64,000 nt of DNA from Spirochaetia bacterium (GCA_963677925.2 CAXXYH010000004.1:1728001-1792000), one strand, 5' to 3'; shown: positions 29,602 to 40,585, numbered from the stretch's first letter. Notes: generated from the sequence alone by a model not told the origin. Translations and numbers: made by a program.

Positions 29602-31539
29602 TTACTGTTTAGAGAGTGCTTCGATAGCTGCTGCCCTCAAAGCTTTGCTTGTTACTGTTGCGCCTGTTACTCCGTCAACAGCGTTGATATCCGCTTCAGA
29701 ACCTGCCCCTATAAACTGGGTAGGCATAGCCTCGATAGCCATTGATCCTATACCTGGAGTTTCATTGTTCTTAAGTATTTCAAAAGCAGTGATTTTGCCG
29801 CCTTCAATAGTGGCTCTGATTACGAGATCTCCGCCCATTCCGTCCCCGATTCCGATATACTGATTTTCACCAGTCTCATAGACAACATCCTGGTTGATAT
29901 CTGATTCGTATCCGGGTACATAAACGAGCTTTGATTCAACCTTTTTCCTCTGAACATATTCAGGGAGCGGTTTCTTATTTTTAGCTGCATTCTGACCGGC
30001 AATCTTTCCAAAGATTATGGTTTCTGCCATGTTTCCGCCGGCAGTATACATATTGCTTGTTATGCCACCGAACTCACCGGCAGAGTAAAGATGCGGGATT
30101 GGCTTGTTATTGATATCAAGTATTTCAGTCCTTTCATTTCTTTCAGGACCACCCTGGGTATTGAGAATGTTCGGAACAACTCTGATAGCATAATACGGGC
30201 CTTTACCGCTGAATGCAGCCATATTTCGTGCAGCACGTCCGAGTTTAAGATCTTCGCCTGTCTTTGCAAAATTATTATAAAGACTTATTTCCCTGCTTAA
30301 TCCGGCATAATCTATACCGGTTTTACTGCAGAGTTCTTCAATGGTGTTTCCTACTACTGCTTTCTCATCAATAATTGCAGGAGATACAGTTCCTCGGGCA
30401 TAAAGAGTGTCAAGCGCCATCAGCTCTTCATATTTTGCCTGATCGAAAACAAGATATGCATGTTCAGGTCTTTTAGGTGTTACCCATACTCCTCCCAGTG
30501 AGACATGACCGTGACGGGCACTCTCATCTTCTCTGAGGAATCTCTGACCGTTTTCACCTACATAAATCAGGCTGCCGGTTGCGAATGCATTACTTACAGT
30601 CCATCCGTGCACGCCTTCAAAAGCAACATTTCCGAAAGGCCCCATGCTTCCTTCGTAAACTTCCATGTGCCAGAGTTTTGCACCGACTTCTGTAGCCATG
30701 GTAATACCGTCACCGGTATTGTATGGTGATCCAGAGAATACGTAATCTGTGAGACCGAGAAAGTTTTCAATCATCTCGCGATTGTTTTCAAAACCTCCGA
30801 GAGACATAACAACACCGTTTATTGCACGTATATTCAGTTTTTCACCATTTCTTTCAACAACAACACCGATGATAGTTTTTGTTTCCGGTTCCTGGATCAG
30901 CTTCACTGCAGGAGATTCAAACCATACATCGACATTTGAGTATGATTTCGCTTTTGAGCTAAGCAGTTTATAGAGTGCACTGTTTCCAACATCGGTTCTT
31001 GATAATGAACTGATGTTTACCGCATCAGCACCCTCAAACTCAGGATATTCACTCATGTACATCTGAATCCCTGTAGAGCGCCATTTGAAAATATTTTCCC
31101 TAACTGCTCCAAAATCATTTACAAGCTGATCATAGATGTTTGCCATACCTTTTACATAAGTCTCAAGCATCGTCTCTGAAACGGTTGTAGTTTCACCGCC
31201 CTTGATTTTGTAGTGCTTTAGCAGGCTGTCATAGTCGTCTGTTGACATGAAAAACTGACCGCAGACCCTTGAATTTCCGCCTTCATGGCCCTCAGGTGCT
31301 TTTTCTGCAATAAGGACATTGGCGCCTTCTGCCGCGGCATACTGGGCAGCTACCGAACCTGCACCTCCGAAGCCTATTACTACAACATCGTATTCTCCAT
31401 CCCATGCAATAGTATCTGCATAGGTAAATACATTTTTGGAAGCGTCCCTTCCTGCTGTCTGTGCTGTCTGAACACATGCTGATACCATCAGAATAATAGC
31501 AGCAACAGCAAGCATTTTAAATGCTAAATGCTTTTTCAT
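29602..31539 (-). CDS. Lipoprotein FAD oxidoreductase (flavocytochrome c/Frd superfamily) with a C-terminal FMN-binding domain
   Basis: Lipobox MVSAC, VVVIGFGGAG, NTGDG, LNTQGG and LYSAGE. C-terminal ETPGIG and the flavinylation motif DGVTGAT. Confidence 0.88.
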   Translation of the reverse strand: MKKHLAFKMLAVAAIILMVSACVQTAQTAGRDASKNVFTYADTIAWDGEYDVVVIGFGGAGSVAAQYAAAEGANVLIAEKAPEGHEGGNSRVCGQFFMSTDDYDSLLKHYKIKGGETTTVSETMLETYVKGMANIYDQLVNDFGAVRENIFKWRSTGIQMYMSEYPEFEGADAVNISSLSRTDVGNSALYKLLSSKAKSYSNVDVWFESPAVKLIQEPETKTIIGVVVERNGEKLNIRAINGVVMSLGGFENNREMIENFLGLTDYVFSGSPYNTGDGITMATEVGAKLWHMEVYEGSMGPFGNVAFEGVHGWTVSNAFATGSLIYVGENGQRFLREDESARHGHVSLGGVWVTPKRPEHAYLVFDQAKYEELMALDTLYARGTVSPAIIDEKAVVGNTIEELCSKTGIDYAGLSREISLYNNFAKTGEDLKLGRAARNMAAFSGKGPYYAIRVVPNILNTQGGPERNERTEILDINNKPIPHLYSAGEFGGITSNMYTAGGNMAETIIFGKIAGQNAAKNKKPLPEYVQRKKVESKLVYVPGYESDINQDVVYETGENQYIGIGDGMGGDLVIRATIEGGKITAFEILKNNETPGIGSMAIEAMPTQFIGAGSEADINAVDGVTGATVTSKALRAAAIEALSKQ

Positions 31540-31561
31540 TGTGATTCTCCTTTTGAAAAAA

Positions 31562-31625
31562 TAGACAGTGTCTAAAAAAATAAGATATTGTGTGAATTAT
31601 AAGTGCAGTGTTTTATATTTGTCAA
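31562..31625 (-). promoter_or_regulatory. Consensus sigma70 promoter plus palindromic operator
   Basis: Minus strand TTGACA (31625-31620), 18 nt spacer, TATAAT (31601-31596). Palindrome TAGACA-G-TGTCTA at 31562-31574. Confidence 0.75.
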
Positions 31626-31747
31626 TCAAAATTTATCTATATAAAATGATTTAATTAACTATATATAAAAAGAATTTGACTTATCTTAAAGACACTTCAC
31701 ATATGGAGTAGACAATGAAAAGTGATGTATTTTCAAACTTGAATTAA

Positions 31748-32752
31748 TCATCGTTCGCTCAGCGGCACACCACCGCTTGTCAGCGAGTATTTGCAGAACT
31801 CAAAAACATCAAACCATGAATGCTGGGCTACAGTGTAGGGAAGACCTCCCCTGTCATACTGAATATCGTACAGCAGTGTAGACAGTGCTACCTCAATTCC
31901 ATGCATAATAATAAACTGAGCCGATTGCTCTCTGACAATATCAGTTACAATATGCAGACCGGTAAAGGCGACAATATCAGTGATTCTTGCAGGCCATACA
32001 CCGAAATGGTATTTCAGCTCCTCATAAAGAACTCCTCGGAATATTGATTCTTCACCGACAGCTGTTGTTACTGCATTCCATAGATTGAATGCACCGTTAT
32101 ACATTATGAAGTATGGAATTGTCGAGCTTATTTCTTTGACATACCACGCGTTGGTGTCCCAGACAGCAGTACCATAATTTGTTTCATCTGCAAACATCAA
32201 ATCCAATGCTGAAGCAAAGGCAATCTCGCCAAGTATTCCTCCCCACACAATAGGATCTTTTAGTACTTCAATGTCAAAGGGAGCCTTATATAGTTCCCCT
32301 AGTTTATAAACTTTAAAATTTGAATTGTTATATTCCTCCGACTCAAGTCTTGTAAGTCCATAACTTCGGTACGATTTGTACATATTATGATCTATGCGGG
32401 TCCAGTATGCTGATGAAACAATATCTGTATCACTGCCGAACTCATTAGCGCAGACGGTTTCAAGGCCGAAGAGTCCAAGGCTGCCGAGCGTAAAATCCAA
32501 TGCATTGTCCGGGTCTGATAGAAACAGCCCTATGTTTCCCAGTTCCAATGTACTTGAAGCTATCCTACGCTCGGTTTCTGTTATTTCGCCGTCAAGGCTG
32601 TAGAGGCCCTGTATTCCAAATTGCAGGCCGATGCTAGCCCAGGGAATAAGAGCCATTCCATCAGCTTTTAGCCAGTCCGTATTCTCTTCTGCATGCAGGG
32701 GCATAATATTTAAAACTAAAACTGATATCAGGATTAAGAATCGATGCTTCAT
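31748..32752 (-). CDS. CPBP (CAAX/Abi) family intramembrane metalloprotease-like protein with a signal peptide
   Basis: EESIFRG, FTGLH and HSWFD. Confidence 0.8.
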   Translation of the reverse strand: MKHRFLILISVLVLNIMPLHAEENTDWLKADGMALIPWASIGLQFGIQGLYSLDGEITETERRIASSTLELGNIGLFLSDPDNALDFTLGSLGLFGLETVCANEFGSDTDIVSSAYWTRIDHNMYKSYRSYGLTRLESEEYNNSNFKVYKLGELYKAPFDIEVLKDPIVWGGILGEIAFASALDLMFADETNYGTAVWDTNAWYVKEISSTIPYFIMYNGAFNLWNAVTTAVGEESIFRGVLYEELKYHFGVWPARITDIVAFTGLHIVTDIVREQSAQFIIMHGIEVALSTLLYDIQYDRGGLPYTVAQHSWFDVFEFCKYSLTSGGVPLSER

Positions 32753-32864
32753 TATTTATCCTCCAGATGATATATTCAGACTATAGTCTCCGGCATAGAT
32801 AAAAATGAATCATACTTTTGGTATATTTTTGATAGTTCGACTCAGATAACCGGAGGAAATTTAA

Positions 32865-33768
32865 ATGAATAAACTGAGGTCCGGTTATTCTGGTTCTTAT
32901 TCACATATCTTATATAATTTGTCTTCTCGTTTCGCTCTCTGCTATATTGCTTAGTGTCATACGCGGAATACAGTTTCCCGGGGCTATTGAGCGGGCACAT
33001 ACTCTTCTGCTAAGCGCTATCCTTCTGATTATTTTTTCTATGACTGTAAGCAGTCTTTACGTCGATGAGCGCAGTAGACTTGTTTTTTTGATATCCAATA
33101 TCATTGAGTTGCTCTGTACCGCGGCTCTCTCTTTTCTGATTCCTGAGTTTACACTTCAGTTTTTTTCATTCGTTCAGAAGAAGCTTTTATTCCGGATTTT
33201 TCGTATTCTTTCCTGCGTTCAGGCCGCCGGAGTTGTACTTTTTTTCTCTGCCTTTCCCTTTGAATGGATACTTAATACGGTGGTAATTATTTTTACGGCT
33301 GTCACAGCCGCAAGTGTTATTTTACTGATAGCAGTTCCAGTCAGTATGAAAGATGTTTCTTGGCTGAAATTCAGGCGGCTTCTGGTCCTGGGCTCAGTTA
33401 TATTTTTTCCTCCCATCATAATATCTGATCTTCTTCTTATCCCCGGCCGTTTTGACAGCCGCCTTTATAACTTAAAGGCTACTCCGTTTTTTCTGTTATA
33501 CTGGTCATCAGTTTATTTCAAAATCATGCTTCCCGGGTTTCTTTCGGGGCTCAGGGCGGAAAATAAAGAACCTGACTGGTCACGCTTCCATCTTTCAGTC
33601 AGGGAGAGGGAGGTTGCCGAACTTCTGATACAGGGGCTGTCGTACAGGACAATAGGGGATAGGCTTTTTATATCTCCCGGCACTGTGAAAACACATGTAC
33701 TTGTAATTTACCGGAAAACAGGAACTAACAGTAAAATTCAGTTATCAAACGCTGTGTACAATAATTAA
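32865..33768 (+). CDS. Membrane-anchored LuxR-type HTH regulator with an apparent frameshift near the start
   Basis: Multiple TM segments then LSVREREVAELL..LFISPGTVKTH..IYRK. The RBS and ATG at 32865 are out of frame with the body, which is open from 32878 (first usable start TTG 32947). Confidence 0.7.
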
Positions 33769-33788
33769 ATCAATAATAATTTTCTTGA

Positions 33789-33914
33789 CTTCATGTAACC
33801 AGGCAGACAATAATTTCCCTTGAAAAGAACCGTTATGTACCGTCGCTGGAAATGGGATTCAAGGTTGCCGGACTTTTTGGAAAAACAGTTGAAGAAGTTT
33901 TTAAATATTCGTAA
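33789..33914 (+). pseudogene. 3' fragment of an XRE-family HTH regulator
   Basis: Translates VTRQTIISLEKNRYVPSLEMGFKVAGLFGKTVEEVFKYS*. In-frame TGA at 33786 and no N-terminal helices. Confidence 0.75.
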
Positions 33915-33964
33915 TATTGAACATATGTTTATAATTAACGCCCGAATGTAAAAGGAGTATTGAA

Positions 33965-34351
33965 ATGATAAAACTTTCAGCAGAAGTTCTGACTGCTATT
34001 GAAAAAACAAAACCAACCTGTATTGCAACCGCAGACAAAAACGGTGTCCCGAATCTTGTATATGTTACATATATCAAGGCTGTTGATGAAAAGACACTCG
34101 TGGTTGCAGATAATAAATTTGTAAAAACCCGTGCAAATCTCGACAGCAATCCGGTGATGAGTGTAGTTGTACTCGATTCTGATACAAAAAAGGCCTATCA
34201 GATTAAATGCACGGCTGAATGTATCACAGAAGGTATTGGATATGAGGAAGTTGCAGACTGGGTACATGAGAACCGTCCGGAGATGACGCCAAACGCAGCC
34301 TTCTATCTTAAACCATTTGAAATCTACTGCGGCGCTGAAAGACTGGCTTAG
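33965..34351 (+). CDS. Pyridoxamine 5'-phosphate oxidase family (FMN-binding split barrel) protein
   Basis: IATADKNGVPN, ADNKFVKTRANL and AYQIK. Confidence 0.88.
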   Translation: MIKLSAEVLTAIEKTKPTCIATADKNGVPNLVYVTYIKAVDEKTLVVADNKFVKTRANLDSNPVMSVVVLDSDTKKAYQIKCTAECITEGIGYEEVADWVHENRPEMTPNAAFYLKPFEIYCGAERLA

Positions 34352-34361
34352 TTTTCAGTTA

Positions 34362-35318
34362 TCAGTCTATCCTGTAAGTCAGGGACAAAATCGGAATCGG
34401 GATGAAGGTGAAGTTCTCATCGGTTAATCCGTGAGCCACGTACCTTCCTGATTCCTGTTCAATTATTACCGGCACCACGGCACCAATATCCCAGCTCAGC
34501 TTCTCGCCTGCTATCCTGAACGTAACTGCCGGCGTAATCAGCATCGGTACAGGATCCCAGGCTGTTGTCTCTTCGGTGAATTCCCCTGATGAACTGATCA
34601 TTTCTCCCCAGATTATCCAGGTCTCGGTTACAAGGGCGGTGGTGTCTGAAAAAATCCATTTACCTCCCAGAGCCAGAACTGCTGCGTCAAAGGAAAAATC
34701 AGATTCATCAAAGGTAAAAGCGCCTCCGCCGCCTATAGTGAAATTATTCTCCGGAGTCCCATATGAGAAAATAGTGTAGGGTAGAAGTATTCCGGTGAAT
34801 TCGAGCCAGGAAACCCCTCCGAAGGTACCGACAGACAGTGCAGCTTCCTCATTGAGTTTCTGAATATATCTTGCACTTACTATTGCGCCCGGTACGCTTA
34901 TTCCTCCCCACAGTGTGAAGTGTTCACTTAATCCGTAGCTCATTGTAACAGCTGCAATTTCCTGGTCGGCAACGTGGAATTCTCCGGGTTCCATTGCAAA
35001 ACCTGTAGGCATTACGATAAGACGGTTTGATGCTGAATCACGGAACAGACTCTTTTTATCTGTTCCCGGGGCAACTTTCAGGACTTCGGAAATAGATTTC
35101 TTGTAAATCCGGATTACCTCACCGCTGAACGCTATTATTGTTACAAAATCATCATCGACCCCGTAAACAATCCCCTGAAATGCAGTATCGTCTACTGTGA
35201 TGATTCTTACCTGCGAATCAACCGCCGAAGACAGCTCAGCAACTGTAATCTCTTCAAACTGAGCAAAGGCTGGAATGATTGTGAATAAAAGCAGAAATGG
35301 TAACACGATTTTTTTCAT
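34362..35318 (-). CDS. Exported hypothetical protein, possible outer-membrane beta-barrel
   Basis: Signal peptide MKKIVLPFLLLFTIIPAFA after AGGAG, amphipathic strands, C-terminus LSLTYRID. Confidence 0.6.
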   Translation of the reverse strand: MKKIVLPFLLLFTIIPAFAQFEEITVAELSSAVDSQVRIITVDDTAFQGIVYGVDDDFVTIIAFSGEVIRIYKKSISEVLKVAPGTDKKSLFRDSASNRLIVMPTGFAMEPGEFHVADQEIAAVTMSYGLSEHFTLWGGISVPGAIVSARYIQKLNEEAALSVGTFGGVSWLEFTGILLPYTIFSYGTPENNFTIGGGGAFTFDESDFSFDAAVLALGGKWIFSDTTALVTETWIIWGEMISSSGEFTEETTAWDPVPMLITPAVTFRIAGEKLSWDIGAVVPVIIEQESGRYVAHGLTDENFTFIPIPILSLTYRID

Positions 35319-35492
35319 AAGTCTCTCCTTTCGCATATGCAGTAAAGGAATGAAATTGCTTAGATACCTAAAATTTAACCCATAAACCAGCTTGAAGCAA
35401 TTAAAACCGAAAGGATTCTTCAAGTTAACGAATTTTAACTTGTTTTCAGATTATTCATCCCTTATCCTATTAGTAGAAAACGGAGGGATGCT

Positions 35493-35855
35493 ATGGAAGA
35501 GAGAAGAAAAGACAAACGCACACACATTGAATGGCCTATCTACCTGAGGTCCAGAAGCAATCATCGTCAGATTGGCGGAGTTGACGATATTTCACTCTCC
35601 GGATTAAAAATTCACTTCAGCGAAGATGCAATACCCATTGAGGATACCGGGCATTTTGATCTTTATCTCTGCCGTATGGATAATCCGATGGATCTGCTTA
35701 ATATCACGGGAAAACCTGTATGGATACGAAAAAATAAGCCGTCTCTTTTAATGGGGCTTGAAGTCAATAACATGACTGAAAGAGCCAAAGCTATGCTCCG
35801 CGATTTTATAAGTCATCAGGAAAAACTGTCGCTTGAGATGGATCTTGAGATTTAG
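35493..35855 (+). CDS. PilZ domain c-di-GMP receptor
   Basis: ERRKDKR (RxxxR) and DISLSG (DxSxxG). Confidence 0.88.
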   Translation: MEERRKDKRTHIEWPIYLRSRSNHRQIGGVDDISLSGLKIHFSEDAIPIEDTGHFDLYLCRMDNPMDLLNITGKPVWIRKNKPSLLMGLEVNNMTERAKAMLRDFISHQEKLSLEMDLEI

Positions 35856-35939
35856 AGTGATGTCATAATTCTGTTGTTCATATTATTTTTTTTAGTCGGT
35901 TTGCGCTGAAAAGTGTTATTATGCTGAAACGGGGAAGAT

Positions 35940-36293
35940 ATGAGCGTGCTGTTTGTTGATGATGAAATTATTAATCTGAAGGGATATGAAATAAATTTCA
36001 GAAAAAACTCCGATATCATAATTGCAAAAAACGGAATTGAAGCTCTCAAAATTGTCGAGGAGACTGAGAATATAAAATTAGTTTTTACTGACATGAAGAT
36101 GCCAGGAATGGACGGACTGGAGTTTATACGGGAGGCCAGGAAGGTTAAACCGGACATCAGCTATTATATTCTTACGGGGTACAGTATATCCGGGCCTATC
36201 GCGGAAGCTCTTAATGAAGGTCTTGTTAAAAAATGTTTTTCAAAGCCGGTGAATATTCAAAAGATCAGGGATGAAATTGATTCCTTATCCTGA
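35940..36293 (+). CDS. Single-domain response regulator
   Basis: LFVDDE, TDMKMPGMDG, LTGY and SKP. Confidence 0.92.
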   Translation: MSVLFVDDEIINLKGYEINFRKNSDIIIAKNGIEALKIVEETENIKLVFTDMKMPGMDGLEFIREARKVKPDISYYILTGYSISGPIAEALNEGLVKKCFSKPVNIQKIRDEIDSLS

Positions 36294-36307
36294 AACAGGG
36301 GATTTAA

Positions 36308-39300
36308 ATGGCTGCTGAAAACATTTCAGAATCAGATTTTAATCTGTTTTACCGACATTCCTGTGATCTGTTATGCGTATTAAACCCTGAAGGGCTGTTC
36401 GTAAAATTTAATGACGCCTGGAGAGAAATCCTTGGTTATGAACCGGCAGAACTTGAAGATACAAGCATTATTGAATTGATTCATCCCTCCGGGCGTGCCG
36501 ATGCCGCGGATCTCTTTCATAGAAGGACTCTAAAAGAAGAAATCAAAGACTATTTAATATGCTGCAGCCATAAGGACGGCTCCTATCGGTGGCTTCAGTG
36601 GAATATCTTTTCTGAGGGTTCTTATCTCTATGCCTCGGGAAGGGATGTTTCGGATGAAAAGAGAAAAGAAGAAACCCTTCAGCAGTTTAAGACCTCAACC
36701 GATCATGCAAACGATGCAATATACTGGCTTAATAAGGCCGGTGGTTTTGAATATATAAATGAAACAGCCTGTAAAAAACTTGGTTATACCAGGGAAGAAC
36801 TGATGAAACTTTCAATAATGGACATAGTTCCTGAAACTACAGCGGAGATATTTGCAGGAATATGGGAAAGTTATCAGCCTTATAAGGATAAAGCATATTT
36901 AAGCAGAACACTGGAGACCGTACACAGGCGGAAGGACGGGACAATATATCCAGTGGAAGTTTCAGTAAATCATTTCTGGGAACATGACAAAGAATACCAC
37001 ATTGCACATATTCACGATTTGACTGATAGAAAAAGAGAAGAAGAAGCGTTAAGGCGAAGCGAAGAAAAATACAGGAAACTGTTTGAGAATATGTCCAATT
37101 CATACAGTATTTACAGACCCGTATATGATGAGGAAGGAACAGCAGTTGATTTCCAATTCATAGAAGTAAATCCTGCAAGCGCAAGAGATATTGGCCTGCC
37201 TGCCGATGAAATAATCGGTAAAACTATGAAGAGCCTGTTTCCTGCAACAGAAGATTACTGGATTAAGCTTGTAGGAGAAACGGTAAAAACAGGAGTTTCA
37301 CAAAGCTTTACAAACCATTCATCTGTTCTGGATCGTTATTTTGAGGCTCTGGCATATTCACCGGAAAAAGATCTTTGTGCCGTAATCTATACCGATGTAA
37401 CTGAAAGGGTAAAAAAAGAGGAAGAACTTAAACGGCTTACCGGTCTTAACCAGGCAATTATTGATGCCACAAGCAATGGCCTCATTTTTATAAAAGAACG
37501 GAAGGTTGAATGGGTAAACGAAACTCTTTTAAATATGTTCGGATACTGTTTTGAAGAACTCATAGGGCAGAGTGCGGAAATATTCTACGGTGATAAAAAA
37601 CAGTTTGATTACATAGGTAAAGAAGCCTATCAGAAACTTTTAAAAGGTGAAATTTTCAGAATTGAATTAAGAGGGAAGAAGAAAGACGGAACCCTGTTCT
37701 GGTGTATGCTGTCCAGCAAAGCCACCGATCCTGAAGATTTGTCGAAGGGTTCACTGTGGACAGTTGAGGATATAGATGAACGGAAACAGAACGAAAAAAA
37801 GCTTTATAAATTCAAAGCCTCTATTGATTATACCGCTGATTCTGTTTTCTGGATTAATAGCCAAGCAGGATTTGACTATGTAAATGAGCAGGCCTGTAAG
37901 TCTTTAGGATACACCCATGATGAATTAATGCAGTTAAAGGTATCTGATCTTGATCCGAATTTTAAAATTGAAGATTTTAAAAAAAACTGGAAAAGATTAT
38001 CCGAAGAAAGAAAATTTGAAAATTCTATTTTCGAAAGTATTTATATCAGAAAAGACGGCACCACCTTTCCAATAGAATTAACCGCTATATTTATATGGTA
38101 CCAGAATAACGGGTTACAGATAATTTACGTCAGAGATATCACTGAACGCAAACGGAGCGAGGAAGCGCTGCTGTCAAGAGAAAGAGAATTGCAGCGTATA
38201 TACGATATTGCACCTGTAGGAATAGGTCTTATACGGGATCGAAAGATCATAAACCTTAATAAGGCGGTAAGCAGAATAATCGGTTATGAAGAAAAGGAAT
38301 TAAAGGGAAGAAGCTCCGACTTTCTATACAGTTCACAGGCTGAGTATGAAAGGGTAGGCGGTGATCTTTATCAGGACATGATAATAAAAGGTGTCGGTGA
38401 GATAGAAACCGAACTGTTGAGAAAGGACGGAACAAAGATCGCCGCTCTAATTGCAGTAACCCTTCTTGATCCATCGGAACCTTCAAAAGGAAACATTTTT
38501 ACAGTAATAGATATTACTGAACGTAAAAAACATGAAAATCAGTTAAAGGCTGAAGAAGAGAGATTCCGGGCCCTTGCGGATAATGTTCCAGGGGCGATTT
38601 ACATGTGCAGATATAATGCATATTATTCAATGCTTTATCTCAATGATAGAGTTCAGGAGATCACCGGTTATCCGAAAGAATATTTTTTGTCGGGCAGGCT
38701 TAATTTTACTGAAATTTATCATCCTGATGATATTGGAAAGATCGGGGCGGCTGTGGATGAGGCTGTTAAAAATAAAGGGCAGTTCGAAGTCTTTTACCGG
38801 ATAAAGCATAAAAGTGGTGAGTGGCGATGGGTTCATGAGCTGGGTGTCGGAATCTATGAAGATGGAAAAATAAACTACCTTATCGGCTTTTTTCTTGATG
38901 TAACGGAAGAAAAGAATGCTAAAGAAAGAGCCGAGGAGAGTGAACAGCGTTATAAAGCACTTCACAACGCCTCATTCGGAGGCATCACAATCCATGATAA
39001 GGGTCTTATCCTCGATTGTAATCGCGGTCTATCTGATATTACCGGGTTTTCTTATGAAGAGCTTATTGGTATGAATGGCCTGCTGTTAATTGCGGAAGAA
39101 TACAGAGATACTGTCATGTCGAATATTAAAAAAGGTTATGAAAAACCATACGATGTCTTCGGCGTGCGTAAAAACGGAGAATACTATCCTCTCAGGCTGG
39201 AAGCACGGGAAATCCCATACAAAGGGAGGCAGGTTCGATCTGTAGAGTTCAGGGATATTACGGAACAGAAAGAGATTGAAAAACAAATTATTCTTGAAAA

Positions 39301-40504
39301 AGAACGGGCAGAAGAGAGTTCGTATTTCTTACGGGAGTCACAGCGTTCCGGAAGGATCGGTTCTTATAAAATGGTATACAGTGAAAGGTACTGGATAACA
39401 ACCGAGACCCTTGACAGTATCTTCGGGGTAGAACATTCGGATGGGAAAAAATCAATAAATGACTGGTTTGAAATTATTTATGCCGAAGACTTCGAAATGA
39501 TGAGTAACTATTTTCGTGAAGATGTTATCGGTAAAAGGCAGGACTTCAACAAGGAATACCGTATTATCAGAAAGAATGACCAGGAGGTAAGATGGGTACA
39601 GGGAATCGGTAAATTATATTTTGATGATAATGGTGAAATTAACAGCATGCTGGGCACTATTCAGGATATTACCGAACGGAAACTTATTGAAGAAGAACGC
39701 AGAACCATAAATATCTCACTTGAGAAAATGGTGAAAGAGAAAACGCATGACCTTGAAACGGCAAATGAGGCTCTTAAAGCAACGCTTAAAAACCTTAATG
39801 AGACTCAGGCTCAGCTGCTGCAGTCTGAAAAAATGGCTTCCCTCGGAATTTTGACCGCCGGGGTATCGCATGAAATCAACAATCCTCTGAATTTTATCAC
39901 GACCGCTTATCATGGATTTTTGGATATGGGGCTTGAGGATCAAAATGAAGACGCTGCTTTTTTTCTTGAAGCATTGAAAACAGGTGTGGAGAGAGCCGGC
40001 GATATTGTAAAAAGTCTGAACCAGTTCAGTAGAAGCAATAAATCTACCGACGAGGATTGCGATATTCATGAGATTATAGACAACTGTCTTGTAATGATGA
40101 GAAACCAGCTTAAAGACAGGATCGAAGTTACTAAAAATTATTTATCAGAACCCCAGATAATTTCAGGAAATGTAGGTGCAATGCATCAGGTTTTCATCAA
40201 CCTTCTGTCAAATGCCGAGCATGCGATTGAAGAAGATGGCCGTATCGATATAGAAACCCGGCTTAGCGGTGATGAATTGATTGTTGAAATAATAGATACA
40301 GGCTGCGGTATATCAAAAGATAATATGAAAAACATTACAGATCCTTTCTTTACAACCAAAAAACCGGGCAAGGGTACCGGCCTGGGACTTTCAATCACCT
40401 ATAATATTGTAAATGAACATGGTGGTAGGCTGGAATTCGAATCTGAAGAAAACGCCGGGACGACAGCCCGCGTCTCCCTGCCATTGAAAAGGAATGTTAA
40501 ATAA
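36308..40504 (+). CDS. Cytoplasmic multi-PAS sensor histidine kinase
   Basis: About 9 PAS/PAC units. H-box HEINNPL, then NLLSNA, DTGCG, DPFFTTK and GTGLGL. Confidence 0.93.
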   Translation: MAAENISESDFNLFYRHSCDLLCVLNPEGLFVKFNDAWREILGYEPAELEDTSIIELIHPSGRADAADLFHRRTLKEEIKDYLICCSHKDGSYRWLQWNIFSEGSYLYASGRDVSDEKRKEETLQQFKTSTDHANDAIYWLNKAGGFEYINETACKKLGYTREELMKLSIMDIVPETTAEIFAGIWESYQPYKDKAYLSRTLETVHRRKDGTIYPVEVSVNHFWEHDKEYHIAHIHDLTDRKREEEALRRSEEKYRKLFENMSNSYSIYRPVYDEEGTAVDFQFIEVNPASARDIGLPADEIIGKTMKSLFPATEDYWIKLVGETVKTGVSQSFTNHSSVLDRYFEALAYSPEKDLCAVIYTDVTERVKKEEELKRLTGLNQAIIDATSNGLIFIKERKVEWVNETLLNMFGYCFEELIGQSAEIFYGDKKQFDYIGKEAYQKLLKGEIFRIELRGKKKDGTLFWCMLSSKATDPEDLSKGSLWTVEDIDERKQNEKKLYKFKASIDYTADSVFWINSQAGFDYVNEQACKSLGYTHDELMQLKVSDLDPNFKIEDFKKNWKRLSEERKFENSIFESIYIRKDGTTFPIELTAIFIWYQNNGLQIIYVRDITERKRSEEALLSRERELQRIYDIAPVGIGLIRDRKIINLNKAVSRIIGYEEKELKGRSSDFLYSSQAEYERVGGDLYQDMIIKGVGEIETELLRKDGTKIAALIAVTLLDPSEPSKGNIFTVIDITERKKHENQLKAEEERFRALADNVPGAIYMCRYNAYYSMLYLNDRVQEITGYPKEYFLSGRLNFTEIYHPDDIGKIGAAVDEAVKNKGQFEVFYRIKHKSGEWRWVHELGVGIYEDGKINYLIGFFLDVTEEKNAKERAEESEQRYKALHNASFGGITIHDKGLILDCNRGLSDITGFSYEELIGMNGLLLIAEEYRDTVMSNIKKGYEKPYDVFGVRKNGEYYPLRLEAREIPYKGRQVRSVEFRDITEQKEIEKQIILEKERAEESSYFLRESQRSGRIGSYKMVYSERYWITTETLDSIFGVEHSDGKKSINDWFEIIYAEDFEMMSNYFREDVIGKRQDFNKEYRIIRKNDQEVRWVQGIGKLYFDDNGEINSMLGTIQDITERKLIEEERRTINISLEKMVKEKTHDLETANEALKATLKNLNETQAQLLQSEKMASLGILTAGVSHEINNPLNFITTAYHGFLDMGLEDQNEDAAFFLEALKTGVERAGDIVKSLNQFSRSNKSTDEDCDIHEIIDNCLVMMRNQLKDRIEVTKNYLSEPQIISGNVGAMHQVFINLLSNAEHAIEEDGRIDIETRLSGDELIVEIIDTGCGISKDNMKNITDPFFTTKKPGKGTGLGLSITYNIVNEHGGRLEFESEENAGTTARVSLPLKRNVK

Positions 40505-40545
40505 ACAGCGCGTCACTCCGGATCTCATCCTGTTCCTCCCAATGC

Positions 40546-40585
40546 AAAAAAAATACCGTCCAGGCAAAAGCCTTAACGGTATTTT
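40546..40585 (-). terminator. Terminator downstream of tRNA-fMet, probably bidirectional
   Basis: AAAATACCGT..AGGC-aaaa-GCCT..ACGGTATTTT. Confidence 0.65.

Noticed and set aside
32875-32877. TGA as a selenocysteine or readthrough codon, here and at 33786
   Set aside because: Further in-frame stops lie just upstream in both cases, and neither has a redox motif context.
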